Part shown: positions 52,800 through 64,000 of the stretch, one piece after another
Layout of the letters: every line of letters begins with the position of its first letter
How positions within the stretch are numbered: position 1 is the first letter of the stretch
Position numbers and translations under genes: made by a program
Notes under the pieces: model-generated
What the model was told of the DNA's origin: nothing
Seen by the model: only the letters and a program-made list of their open reading frames with translations
Databases searched by the model: none
Assembly: GCA_000004985.1 (NCBI GenBank)
Contig: GG738896.1
Length of the DNA stretch: 64,000 nucleotides
Direction: 5' to 3' (one strand)
From: Naegleria gruberi
Lineage: Eukaryota

Positions 52800-54932
52800 T
52801 TAAAATATTGCCTCATACTTATTTTTGACTTTTTCGTGCAATGAGTAAATGAATGAATTAAGTGAGAGATCTCCATCGTCATTTTGAATATCAATTTGCA
52901 TACTTGTAATATAGAGAATTACATTTCTTTCTAAATAATCATCCATAAATAATAAAAAGCCCAATAAATAGACTTTTTGGACCTGTTTGTCGTTAATCAC
53001 AGGAGAAAGGAAAAAGTCAACTTCACCACCTAATTTTTTAAGGTATTTGGCGAATAGATTATCTGAAATATCTATATCAATAAAATAGAATATTCCAACC
53101 ATAATCAAATACATGATGTGTGTATCTGTTTCTAACCCATTGATGGCGTCGCATACCTTCTTAGGAATTGGTAAACCAAGTCTCAAGCATTCAGCTAATA
53201 AACAACTCAAATTCCATCTATTTTGTGATGGATGGTCACAACATGTCTCAAGTAAAAGATATATATTTGATGTAGAATCCACGAGTGGCGGAAATTCATG
53301 ATATATTCTATTAGCAATAATTATTTCAGCTAACATGTCAGCAGGTAAATACACCCGAGGTTTGTAATAATCATATATAAATGGAATCAAATCACTTGAT
53401 AATTGTTCCAGAATTTCTCTTCTCGACTGAGAAACAGTGTCTTCCAATAATAGCTTAATTGAAGACTGACAAAGGGCTAATTGTGTCACAAGAGGAATAG
53501 AATTTTCCTTACGCTGCTTAATAGCATCAAAATATCCAGGTAGAACTATTGCAGATAAATAGGAAAAACCTCTTTCACGAATGAACTCAATAATTTCTTC
53601 CAAATATTTAGTATTTTCAAGTTCGTGAATATATTTGGTTGCCTTGTTTAAAATAATGGACAAAGAATAATCTAGATCTATATCAGCTAAATAGTCCTTA
53701 TAGGTAATAATGAAGATAAATAGCGATAATACATCATTAGTGCTCTCTACTTGGAAATTGTAAGCTGCCATCATCATTGAATCTTTCAAGACGTTACAAT
53801 CCTCTACAGTCAGCTCGGCAGTAATAGAAGCCATACGGATGGTTAAAGATTTGTTAAATGCATTTTGAATGATAGGTTGGGGAATATCGCTTCTGCAACA
53901 TTTGAGACACAAAGCTAGAGATTCTATTCCCCCTGGAAGTTCACAGAATGTAACCAATAGCATTGCAGATTTTCTAATTTCCAAAGTCTCTGTTTCATCT
54001 CCAATTATGGAGAAGAGATCAGGAATAAACATTTTAGGCTTAAGTTTAAATTTGATATATCTCATAAAAGATAAAATACCAATCATTCTTTTCGATCTCG
54101 ATTCATTTCTTTCCATGTATTTGAGTTTCTCTAATTCTAATGTTACTAATTTGTGGTAATAATCTCCAAAATATGACACAGCTTCAGGGTAACAATCTAG
54201 ATTAGTACAATGTTCATACATTAACTTGAACAATTCAAATTTGTCAATTTGTTTCAGTGGATGAATTCTAATACTATCATCAAGTAATCGCCTCTCTAAT
54301 TCTATCATGAATCTCTCAAACATTGACTGTTCAGATCCTCCCCATGTTGGACACAATGATTCATCACTCCAATTTCTCTTCTCATAATGAATCAAAAACA
54401 ACAAGAAAGTTTCCAGAAAATCATTCAAAGACAATTGATGAATCACTTCAAAAGTAAACAGGGAATATTTAAATATCCAGCTTGGAACCACTTCTTTAAA
54501 TTTAAACAGTGAGTCAATCACTAAACAATTTCTTTCCGAACTTGTTTCCATGTAGGATTTCATCAACATCTTCGGAACGTCTCCATGATGATAATTAAAC
54601 TCTTCATCCACTTCCCGATCATATAGAGCAATTACTTTAAATAAATTGGCTAAATCATCCTCTCCAAATGACAATTCTTCAAACACTTCTAATACTTCCT
54701 TTTCCTCATTTCCCAATTCATCAGATAATTGTGCATAGGTGATGTAAATTGTTTCCATGACATTTTCAAAATTACCATAATAATCACCCTGTTCAAGGAT
54801 AAACTTTAGGAGAGTGTGAATATCTGGTGGGAGTGGTAGTTTCATTTTTTTTTCGAAATTCAATATTTTTTCAATACTATTGAAAATAATTATATTTTCT
54901 AATTGAATATTCTTTTGTTGGAATTTCCACAA
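52800..54932 (-). CDS. hypothetical protein (710 aa), no recognisable domain
   Basis: Uninterrupted ORF with coding-like composition. It is Leu/Ile/Phe-rich and largely helical-looking. No motif identified. Confidence 0.45.
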   Translation of the reverse strand: MWKFQQKNIQLENIIIFNSIEKILNFEKKMKLPLPPDIHTLLKFILEQGDYYGNFENVMETIYITYAQLSDELGNEEKEVLEVFEELSFGEDDLANLFKVIALYDREVDEEFNYHHGDVPKMLMKSYMETSSERNCLVIDSLFKFKEVVPSWIFKYSLFTFEVIHQLSLNDFLETFLLFLIHYEKRNWSDESLCPTWGGSEQSMFERFMIELERRLLDDSIRIHPLKQIDKFELFKLMYEHCTNLDCYPEAVSYFGDYYHKLVTLELEKLKYMERNESRSKRMIGILSFMRYIKFKLKPKMFIPDLFSIIGDETETLEIRKSAMLLVTFCELPGGIESLALCLKCCRSDIPQPIIQNAFNKSLTIRMASITAELTVEDCNVLKDSMMMAAYNFQVESTNDVLSLFIFIITYKDYLADIDLDYSLSIILNKATKYIHELENTKYLEEIIEFIRERGFSYLSAIVLPGYFDAIKQRKENSIPLVTQLALCQSSIKLLLEDTVSQSRREILEQLSSDLIPFIYDYYKPRVYLPADMLAEIIIANRIYHEFPPLVDSTSNIYLLLETCCDHPSQNRWNLSCLLAECLRLGLPIPKKVCDAINGLETDTHIMYLIMVGIFYFIDIDISDNLFAKYLKKLGGEVDFFLSPVINDKQVQKVYLLGFLLFMDDYLERNVILYITSMQIDIQNDDGDLSLNSFIYSLHEKVKNKYEAIF

Positions 54933-54966
54933 AACAACTTTATGAAATTGTTACAAGTTATATTTA

Positions 54967-56736
54967 TTAAAGAGCTAAATACAAAACCACCATCAAACTC
55001 CATCCAAGAGAGAAAATATAACCAATGGATGAAGAAACATTGAGTCTTGTTGAGGTTTTACCCTTAGTAGATGTTGCTGCACTTCCACCACCTCCAGTTC
55101 CACCTCCATTTCCTCCAGTTCCACCACCTCCATTATTTGGAGTGCTCGCAACTGGATCAATCAATGGATTGTACTTGTTACAGAACCCAGTTGAACAACA
55201 ATAGTATCCATTACAACTTGATGAAAGAATGACACCGTACTCATAACGAGTTTTCTTTGCATTCACATCTTCAAGAGAACACTTTGAAGTCACAGCTGTG
55301 CAGGTATAAGAACGACGATAGCAATTATAGGAACCAGCAGATGGCAAAGTAATGATACTATTTCTTGGCATACCTTCTCCAAAGGCAAAATCTCCAACAT
55401 AGCAAGTCAAATTTCCTTTGAGTGGTTCGTACTTGTTACATTTAGAGTTCTTGCAACAGATTGGATCCAAATAATTGAAATAGTCCTTTTGAGCAGCAGC
55501 ACATTCAGAATCTGTTGCTGTGAAGTAAATGGTCTTGATTGTTGATTTGGAAATCTCATTGGCAGAGCAGTACTTCTTCCACATTGGATTGGAACAAGCA
55601 TATGAATGTCTAGCACAATTCTTAATACCATACATTTCAATAGATTTAAAAGTATCTGGTTGAGTAGAGTTATAGATATTGGTAGTGTTATAACAATCAA
55701 CAGAGTATGGTCTATTACAACCCGCTTCATAACAACAACTTCCCTTTGAACATGTTCCATATGTGAAATAGGGTTTTGAGACACCTTGTGCAATCTCGGA
55801 CGGTGAGCAATCCTGTTGCTCAATAGAACAATTTCTTGGAATTGTTAGACAATACAATTCATTAGCAGGAAATAATGTATCTTGAATCATTGGTTTCAAT
55901 TGAGCAGTTTCAGGGCTCATACCAACATAGCATGTTTTTGGTTGATTGCATCCATCATAGTAACAACAATTGGTAAAAACTGAACAATCAGTCTGATTCA
56001 TATATCCATAACTTTGACGACGATCACAATCTCTATTGGAACATGACCAGCTATTATAACAAGAATAGGCATTCTCATCATATGGAGATTCTTTCACATC
56101 AATTGATCTCAATTCAGTGTCTGATATGCCACTATAACATTTCACAGTTGGTGGTTTGTTACATTTTTCACCTTTACAACATGTAGCATTGGCAATTTCT
56201 GAATAATACTTATAGTTTTCACAATCTTGTTTGGTAGCTACACTGGAGACATGATATGTCGTTCCAACAGGAATTTTACGATCTGAACAGTACGGATTAT
56301 AGGAAGCACATTTGTTTTCATATTGTGAACAAAAGTTATCACTACTATTCGAAACGAAAACGAGTTCATAATTTTGTTGACCATAGAAGCCAAGTCCTGA
56401 ATAACACCAGAATCCATCAGATGGTAAGTTAACTGGTTCATTACAAAGTGGAGTGGTACAAATGGTTTGATTATTATCTGGATAGAGAGGATAGAGTGAA
56501 GATGTGGAAAAGTAAACCCATTTGCTGATATCTGCTTTGAATTCTTCAGTTGTACAGGTAAACCTGTAGCTACTGCAGGGAAGATAAGCTTTGGTGCAAT
56601 ATTTGTCATATTTGTCAACTTTTTCGGTGGTGTCTGTGCGAACATTCAAGCCAGAGCCATAGTAGCAGCGAATAGCAAAAGTTTCAGCTATTTCGAATAA
56701 AAGTATGAGAAGTATTGCAATTTGAAATAGTCTCAT
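54967..56736 (-). CDS. secreted Cys-rich modular surface protein with predicted GPI-anchor signal; modules end in a CCxxxCN(K/R/Q)P motif (Ly6/uPAR three-finger-like)
   Basis: Signal peptide MRLFQIAILLILLFEIAETFA. There are about 7 modules ending CCKGEKCNKP, CCYYDGCNQP, CCYEAGCNRP, CCKNSKCNKY, CCSTGFCNKY. The C terminus is a Gly-rich linker GGGGTGGNGGGTGGGGS followed by a hydrophobic tail IGYIFSLGWSLMVVLYLAL. Confidence 0.55.
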   Translation of the reverse strand: MRLFQIAILLILLFEIAETFAIRCYYGSGLNVRTDTTEKVDKYDKYCTKAYLPCSSYRFTCTTEEFKADISKWVYFSTSSLYPLYPDNNQTICTTPLCNEPVNLPSDGFWCYSGLGFYGQQNYELVFVSNSSDNFCSQYENKCASYNPYCSDRKIPVGTTYHVSSVATKQDCENYKYYSEIANATCCKGEKCNKPPTVKCYSGISDTELRSIDVKESPYDENAYSCYNSWSCSNRDCDRRQSYGYMNQTDCSVFTNCCYYDGCNQPKTCYVGMSPETAQLKPMIQDTLFPANELYCLTIPRNCSIEQQDCSPSEIAQGVSKPYFTYGTCSKGSCCYEAGCNRPYSVDCYNTTNIYNSTQPDTFKSIEMYGIKNCARHSYACSNPMWKKYCSANEISKSTIKTIYFTATDSECAAAQKDYFNYLDPICCKNSKCNKYEPLKGNLTCYVGDFAFGEGMPRNSIITLPSAGSYNCYRRSYTCTAVTSKCSLEDVNAKKTRYEYGVILSSSCNGYYCCSTGFCNKYNPLIDPVASTPNNGGGGTGGNGGGTGGGGSAATSTKGKTSTRLNVSSSIGYIFSLGWSLMVVLYLAL

Positions 56737-56984
56737 TTTTTTCTTGTTGTGTCATAAAGAATGGTGAACAAAACCAATTTAACCCATACAAACAGTTGAC
56801 AGTTATGGACAAATATGGATTATCTTAATTGTCAGCCACATTGGCTTAACGAAATCTCATTGAAAAGTTACTATCTCTTGGTCTTCTTCTACATCAACAA
56901 CCAAGTGTTTCTGTAGTACTTCCTTGTGCAAATAACTGTAACAAGACATATCAATAATAAATTAATTCCCTTTGATTGTGATTT

Positions 56985-57957
<973 letters not shown>

Positions 57958-58254
57958 AATCTGATTTTAATCTTATAAATCATCACTAGACAAAATATGA
58001 ATTGATTTGCCTTAATTGAACTTTTGATCCTAAAATTTCAGAAGGGAACGTGTTTAGTCCCAACACTGCAAAGTTCATACGAATAGTATCCAAAAGTTCG
58101 TAGAATTGATTTGTTATTTTAATGTTCTCCAGTGGTGATGATAAGGAAAACATTGGTTTTTGATAAAGGTGGACCACTCGGAAGAAAAAGGAAAGTCTCA
58201 ATGAACTCATTTCCGATATCATAATTAGATAACATTGTTTTGTATTTTTCTTAA

Positions 58255-60120
58255 TTGTTGTATCAAAAATTGGCGCCAAATTGTATTACAAGTTTTTTAA
58301 ATAGAAAAAAAATGTCATCACAACAAGTAAGCAACAAGGAAGGAAGCGAATATGATCATTTATTGAATAGAAGGTTTGAATACAACATTGCCAAACAACA
58401 AGTGAAAAGTGAAGACAATAATACAACAACTGCAGCAACATTTGAGGCATCCAATTCTCTGTATGCTCCTGCATCGAGTAGAAGCGATGTTTCAAGAGGG
58501 TTTGTGAGGTTTATCGGAAAGATTGATCAAGCTAGTTCTCAACTTTTTGTTGGTGTTGAATGGGATTATGAAGAGAGAGGCAAACATGATGGTGAATTGA
58601 ATGGGGTTAGATATTTTGTCACAAGTACTGGAAAGAAGAGTGCTAGTTTTATCAAATTAGAAACCTTCCTTAGATTCTCCAGTCTAGGAATTGATTTCAT
58701 GCAAGCTGTTTCTGGAAAATACAAGAATAAGGACTTTAAGGAAGAGGAAATGTTCATTTATTCATCAAGCAAAAAGACTCAAATTTCTGTGGAATTAGTT
58801 GGACGACAAGACCTTGAATCAAAATTGGAAAAGATTGAAAAGCTCACAGACCTAGGATTGCAAGATTGTAAAGTGTCATCTATCGAAAAGGGAATTGGTG
58901 CTAACTTTGAAAATGTGAGAGGAATTGATCTTTCAGCCAACCTCATTGAAACATGGTCACAAGTTGAAACTCTTTTGGAGGAATTTCCAAAGTTGACAAA
59001 TTTAATTATTTCATCAAACAGATTCTCCCAAGTGGTAGTTAGCAAGGGTAGAACCTATCCAAACTTGAAGATGCTTGTGGTTAATGATGTGTCGTTTGGA
59101 TGGAAAACTTTTGTGGAAGAAATTTTACCACTCTTCCCTAACATTGAGGAAGTTCACTTTAGAGACAATAATGTGACCGATGAAGATTTGAAATCATCTC
59201 AATTACCAACTTTGTCATCAATTCAGTCATTGAATCTTTCAGGAAACAAAATTGCAAACTGGGATGCTGTTTGGAATTCTTTCAGTAACTTTGCAACATT
59301 GACAAGATTGCTTTTGAACTATAATGCCCTCTCATCTGTTAAATTCATGAAGGAAGGTGGATTCTCTTCTCTCAAGAGTATTTCCGTAGCCAGTAATAAG
59401 ATTGAAGAGTATGATTCTTTGAATGAACTCAACAATATGCCACTCTTGGAAGAATTGAGATTAGAAAGTAATCCAATTCAAGAAAAGTATGGTGTCAACA
59501 ATGTAAGACAATATGCTGTGGCTAGAATCAGAGGATTAATCTCCTTCAATGGCAGTGAAGTAAGAAAGAAGGAAAGAGAAGATGCTGAAAAGTACTACTT
59601 GAAGCAATGTGGAAGAGAAAAGACAAGTAATCCTTCACTCGAAATTACCACTCTCCATCCAAGATATAATGAATTGGTGAAAATCTACGGAGACCCATGT
59701 GAAGCTGATAATGCCAATCAAGGAGTAACCAAGGTTAGCAATGAATTTGTCGTGTTGAACATTAAGAATGTAGCTGCATCTGTAGTTTCATCCTCACAGG
59801 GTCATGTTGTGGAGAAGAAGATTCCGTATGGATTTACCATTCAAAAACTCAAGTTAATGTGTCAAAGATTATTCAAACTTGAGGCCTCCAAGCAAAGATT
59901 ATTCTACATTGATGTTGGCCACTCGCTTCCAGAACCACTTGGTGATGACTTTAAAGATATTGATTTTTATGCTGTTAAAGACGGAGGCACAATCATTATG
60001 GAAGAAATTGATGAATTTGCTCAACAAAAAGAGGAAGAATTAAAGAGAAAAGAAAGAGAAAGAACCATCAAGGAACAGGAAGAGCAAGTCAGCCGTGAGT
60101 TGAGGTGGAAGCAATTGTAA
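58255..60120 (+). CDS. tubulin-specific chaperone (folding cofactor) E-like: CAP-Gly + LRR + C-terminal ubiquitin-like domain
   Basis: CAP-Gly region GFVRFIGKIDQASSQLFVGVEWDYEERGKHDGELNGVRYF. LRRs include IDLSANLIETW and LNLSGNKIANW. The probable start is MSSQQVSNKEG at ~58312. Confidence 0.7.
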   Translation: MLYQKLAPNCITSFLNRKKMSSQQVSNKEGSEYDHLLNRRFEYNIAKQQVKSEDNNTTTAATFEASNSLYAPASSRSDVSRGFVRFIGKIDQASSQLFVGVEWDYEERGKHDGELNGVRYFVTSTGKKSASFIKLETFLRFSSLGIDFMQAVSGKYKNKDFKEEEMFIYSSSKKTQISVELVGRQDLESKLEKIEKLTDLGLQDCKVSSIEKGIGANFENVRGIDLSANLIETWSQVETLLEEFPKLTNLIISSNRFSQVVVSKGRTYPNLKMLVVNDVSFGWKTFVEEILPLFPNIEEVHFRDNNVTDEDLKSSQLPTLSSIQSLNLSGNKIANWDAVWNSFSNFATLTRLLLNYNALSSVKFMKEGGFSSLKSISVASNKIEEYDSLNELNNMPLLEELRLESNPIQEKYGVNNVRQYAVARIRGLISFNGSEVRKKEREDAEKYYLKQCGREKTSNPSLEITTLHPRYNELVKIYGDPCEADNANQGVTKVSNEFVVLNIKNVAASVVSSSQGHVVEKKIPYGFTIQKLKLMCQRLFKLEASKQRLFYIDVGHSLPEPLGDDFKDIDFYAVKDGGTIIMEEIDEFAQQKEEELKRKERERTIKEQEEQVSRELRWKQL

Positions 60121-60156
60121 AAATATTCTTTTTTTATTTAAATAATTATTTAAATT

Positions 60157-63100
60157 GTGAATGAAACTGAAATTAAAACTGTCACCCATCACCAGCTAAC
60201 AAAAATCATCATTAAAAAAATGAGTCTTCAATTCAATGCCCGTAAGGCCATCGAAGTCCTTGCAGACAATGAAGGAGAATCAGCCACTCGTGAAAAGTTG
60301 AAAATTCTCAACCAACTGTCAACCATTCCCAATGTCAACATTATTCCTGTTGAAGTTCTTCAACTTGTTATTCAAATTTTAGGAGAAACAGAAAATAGAA
60401 TGATCATCAACTCTATCCTCTCTGCCATCCAACATTTAGCTTCTTTTGAAAGAACTAGAATGTTACTCGGAGATGACACCAATTGTATTCAATTATTGGT
60501 TCCACACATGTCTCAATTCAATTTTCCAAATATTCAATCTGGTGCTTTGGATGCAATGGCAGAATTATTGAAAGGTAGCAAGAAGAATCAAGAAAATTTA
60601 GTACAATATGTTTCTGAATTTTTCAATCCATTGATGGGTATTATTCAGAGAGAAAATGATGCAACTACAAAGAAGGCATTTGCTGTTTTGGATTCCCTGT
60701 TTGAAAATCCTATTTGTGTTCATGCTGTTTTCGGTGATAAGGATAGATATGATGAATATTTGGAACCTTTGATTATTTGTTTGCAAATTGAGAATAACAG
60801 ATTGGTTTTACAATGGGCTTTACAAACAATTGAAAAAGCTTGTAGACAAAATCAATTATATGCTAAACATTTACTTGATATTGGTATTATAGATTCATTG
60901 GTTCAAATTATTTTGGATCCAAGACATGTCAGTGCCCAATCGGTTAAAATTAGTGCTTTGAATGCTCTTATTCATTGTGTGAAATATTCAAATGAAGCTG
61001 GTTTATGGGCAGGTGAATCAGGAATTGTTGAACCTCTCATTGAAATCATGTATCATACTTCACTTGAATTGAACTCTTCAAATATTTCACTTTCTTATGC
61101 TCAATCTAACGAAACACAAGATTTGAGAGAAGCTTGTTTTGAATTGGCAATGAATTTGACAAACTTTGAAGCTGGAAGAATTCATGCTCGTATGATTAAT
61201 TCAACAACAATTATTTCAAGTAGTGATATTGACTTGTCAGCAGATAATCCAACCACTCCAAAAGAAGAAAAACAAGTCAAATTGGATAAATTAGATGTAG
61301 ATACCAAGATTCTCAATCCATACTTTGATGAAACTGAAGAAAAGAAGGAAAATATCGATATTTTATCTGAAAATAAGAAGAAATTCATAACACATACCAA
61401 TGGTTTGAATGTTCTCTTTGCCTACATTGGTCAAGAAGAACCAAATGAAAAGTCTGATTTGAAATACAAAAAACACGTCAAACAGATTAGAAAGATGGCC
61501 ATTATGATCATTTCAAACATTTCCACTATTGCCGAGAATGGTGTCACCATCTTGTCAAGAGAACAAAAATTATTGAGCTTTGACCATCCAATGAACATTG
61601 TAGACTTGCTATTGGACATTATCATTCACAAGAAGGAACACGAAAAGGATAGCACCAAGTCCAAGAGAAGAATCGACGATGGAAAAGATTTTAAACTCGA
61701 CATGAAACAATGTATTATTAATGCTATGGGTTCTTTTGCCTTACATGACGATTGTATTCAAAAACTAGGAGAAATGGGTGTTATTAAACGTCTATTAAAG
61801 ATGATTGATGAAAGGAATGAAGCTGCTGAAATTGCCAAATTGCTAGCCAAGATGTGTGAACACAGCAACTTCCAAAAGGTTCTATTCGAGGAAGCTGGTC
61901 TTGCCAGAGTCATTAAATTATTGGAAGCTCAAGATAATCCAGAGGATAGATTGTCCGGTTTAATGATTTGCTTGCCTCTTGCTTCAAATCCAAATGGTTG
62001 TGTTGCCTTGTCACGTGATGGCATTGATAAGAAGATCAGAGATATTTCAAAGAGAGAAGTCGTATTCGAGGAAGTGAGAAAGATGGCTAAACAAGTCATT
62101 AAGGTATTCAAAGAGAATAACAAGTCATCACTTCGTGCAACTAAAGCAGCTGTTGGTGGTTCTGATGAGAATGGTAAACCAATTAATAATATGAACATAT
62201 TCAAGTTCAACTATGAACAAGTTGCAAGAATTGACAAGGAATTTGTCACACTTTGTGAAGAGAGAATTTGTTCCTTGTTGGATAATCCAAAATTCAAACT
62301 CCAAATCAATTGGCGTCAAGTAGAAAGATTGGGAGATATTAACTTCTCTGACGAGGCCATTACCTTGTTGGGCAGATTGGATTTATATGAGGAATTCTAT
62401 ATGGCCATTGAAGCATTTATTGAAGCTGCTGAGATTAATGCTAACATTTTCAATGCTAACGTTCCACTTGTTGTTTTGGAAGTCTTGCCACCTGTCAAGA
62501 AGGAAGAAAATTCAAAGAAGAAGGACGAAGAAGAGGAAGAAGCCGTTCCTTGTGAATTGGAAATTGGAGATTTGATTATGAAATACAAATTATCTCCTGA
62601 TGGTATTTTGTGGACTCCTAAACAATTGGCTGGTCTTATCAGTTATGAATTGTTGGGTTATGACATTATTGAATTGAATGACATGTTGATTGGTGATGGT
62701 GAAGAAGATCGTGATGACCAATATGAACTCGGTGTTGATCAGCTCAAGAAGATTTGTAGAGACTCTAGATTGGCACTTTTGGGTGATATCAATCTCTTGT
62801 ATTTCCATATTGAAACAACTGATTTGTTATGGAAGGCAGGTTTTGCTGAATCCCAACAAATTGTTGCCTCAAAGAGTGTTATTTCAGATGAGGAATTGTT
62901 TATTAAGGGTTGGCGTATTCTCAAGATGAACAAGGATGGTATGCTTCAAGAGAGAATTCTCCTCCTCACCAATACCTCTTACTATACTGTTTGTTTTGAT
63001 CCAAAATCAAAGAAGATTGACTACAAACACACCAAGCATCACAATATTGAAGATTACTTCTTGTGTGATGTTGGTAAAATTGTCAAATCACGTCACGACA

Positions 63101-63726
63101 GCACTTCTTCCACTGTTCACTTGCATGAAGATGGTAGAAATAAGTTTGCTTTGAATTTGGTGACTAAAGAAAAACCACACGTTTCCAAATCACAAAACAA
63201 GTTGGAAGAGGAAGCTGAAGAATTGGAAAAGATCAAACGTATGAGCTCTGTTTTCCACACTTCTGAACTCAAATCTCAACTTTCTGCAATTTCAAATTCT
63301 GACATTCTCTCTCAATCAGACGAAACTGTTTCAACTGAGGAAGAATTGAACAAATCATTGGTTCCAGATGAGGATCAAGCTGAAAGACCATCCACTGCTG
63401 GAAAGTATTGTTCCATTTTCTTGTGCCCTGATACTGTTCCACGTGGTAAGCAAAAGTTCTACCTCCAAGAAATTGCTTGGTGTTTCCGTGCTGTTGCTTG
63501 TTGTGCTACCAGAACCGAATGCCACAGCGTCTTTAATAGAGACATTGTCAAACCAATTGAAGGTAAATTGGCTCGTTTCTACAACCTTACTGGTATGGGT
63601 AAAAAGAAGGATAATTCCATCATTGCCAAACACATGGAAACCAAGATGAGAAGAGAGCAAGAAAAGCAAGAAGAAAGAGTCAAACAAGCTCAAGCTAAGG
63701 GTGCCAAGAATATTAAGGAAAAGTAA
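60157..63726 (+). CDS. large armadillo/HEAT-like repeat protein with a PH/GRAM-like segment; hypothetical
   Basis: 1189-aa ORF. The N-terminal half has a helical-repeat character (ARM-like). A central segment ELFIKGWRILKMNKDGMLQERILLLTNTSYYTVCFDP resembles a PH/GRAM beta-sandwich start. The C terminus is basic with a coiled region. The start may be MSLQFNARK at ~60220. Confidence 0.45.
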   Translation: MNETEIKTVTHHQLTKIIIKKMSLQFNARKAIEVLADNEGESATREKLKILNQLSTIPNVNIIPVEVLQLVIQILGETENRMIINSILSAIQHLASFERTRMLLGDDTNCIQLLVPHMSQFNFPNIQSGALDAMAELLKGSKKNQENLVQYVSEFFNPLMGIIQRENDATTKKAFAVLDSLFENPICVHAVFGDKDRYDEYLEPLIICLQIENNRLVLQWALQTIEKACRQNQLYAKHLLDIGIIDSLVQIILDPRHVSAQSVKISALNALIHCVKYSNEAGLWAGESGIVEPLIEIMYHTSLELNSSNISLSYAQSNETQDLREACFELAMNLTNFEAGRIHARMINSTTIISSSDIDLSADNPTTPKEEKQVKLDKLDVDTKILNPYFDETEEKKENIDILSENKKKFITHTNGLNVLFAYIGQEEPNEKSDLKYKKHVKQIRKMAIMIISNISTIAENGVTILSREQKLLSFDHPMNIVDLLLDIIIHKKEHEKDSTKSKRRIDDGKDFKLDMKQCIINAMGSFALHDDCIQKLGEMGVIKRLLKMIDERNEAAEIAKLLAKMCEHSNFQKVLFEEAGLARVIKLLEAQDNPEDRLSGLMICLPLASNPNGCVALSRDGIDKKIRDISKREVVFEEVRKMAKQVIKVFKENNKSSLRATKAAVGGSDENGKPINNMNIFKFNYEQVARIDKEFVTLCEERICSLLDNPKFKLQINWRQVERLGDINFSDEAITLLGRLDLYEEFYMAIEAFIEAAEINANIFNANVPLVVLEVLPPVKKEENSKKKDEEEEEAVPCELEIGDLIMKYKLSPDGILWTPKQLAGLISYELLGYDIIELNDMLIGDGEEDRDDQYELGVDQLKKICRDSRLALLGDINLLYFHIETTDLLWKAGFAESQQIVASKSVISDEELFIKGWRILKMNKDGMLQERILLLTNTSYYTVCFDPKSKKIDYKHTKHHNIEDYFLCDVGKIVKSRHDSTSSTVHLHEDGRNKFALNLVTKEKPHVSKSQNKLEEEAEELEKIKRMSSVFHTSELKSQLSAISNSDILSQSDETVSTEEELNKSLVPDEDQAERPSTAGKYCSIFLCPDTVPRGKQKFYLQEIAWCFRAVACCATRTECHSVFNRDIVKPIEGKLARFYNLTGMGKKKDNSIIAKHMETKMRREQEKQEERVKQAQAKGAKNIKEK

Positions 63727-64000
63727 ATATTAAACACGATGAAGAAATAAATTTATAAAATATGCCCAACACATCTAAAATCTATCATTTTACCAATGCA
63801 AGGTTCAATCATTACAAAATTAGTCTTTTCGAATTTACAATAGATTGCTTTGATTCAATTTAGTAAAGAGAATATCAGCAATTCTGTCATACCCCTGTGG
63901 TGTAAAATGCAAACTATCATCCCAATACATATCCTTTTCCTCATCGGTACATTTACAAAAATTCAATTCTTCCATCAAGTCCACAAAAATCATCTTTTGA

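Overview
This window is AT-rich eukaryotic nuclear DNA. Long intronless ORFs alternate with genes split by very short GTAAGT...AG introns (40-51 nt, a few around 100-190 nt). A canonical triple polyubiquitin, GATA, F-box/LRR, RCC1, tubulin cofactor E and EGF/GPS proteins are present, and genes are closely packed on both strands. The gene content and a ubiquitin sequence close to dictyostelid ubiquitin suggest an amoebozoan-like protist; this is an inference, not a database result. I can support about 30 protein-coding genes, two Pol III tRNA genes (Val-AAC, Gly-GCC) with T-run terminators, and one truncated tRNA-Lys(CUU)-like pseudogene. There is no rRNA and no CRISPR. Several points deserve a second look. 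A 6.1-kb single-exon ORF encodes a bulb-lectin / ~20 EGF / GPS / 7TM / RGS chimeric receptor. A 652-bp non-autonomous TIR element has an 8-bp target-site duplication (hAT-like MITE) and an internal 31-36-bp tandem array. Two polyubiquitin loci form a ~970-bp inverted duplication about 19 kb apart, and the second copy carries compensating frameshifts in its middle repeat. A frameshift in an A-run splits an NHL-repeat/EGF/TM gene. Other notable genes are a SAM + P-loop (STAND-like) NTPase gene rebuilt across two mini-introns, an RLIG1/C12orf29-type RNA ligase homolog, a CEMIP/TMEM2-like G8/beta-helix/EGF secreted protein, two paralogous 25-residue tandem-repeat proteins, a secreted NlpC/P60-like protein with substituted catalytic histidines, and a 76-aa divergent ubiquitin-like gene beside the tRNA cluster. 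Intron-level coordinates were derived by hand and may be off by 1-3 nt.
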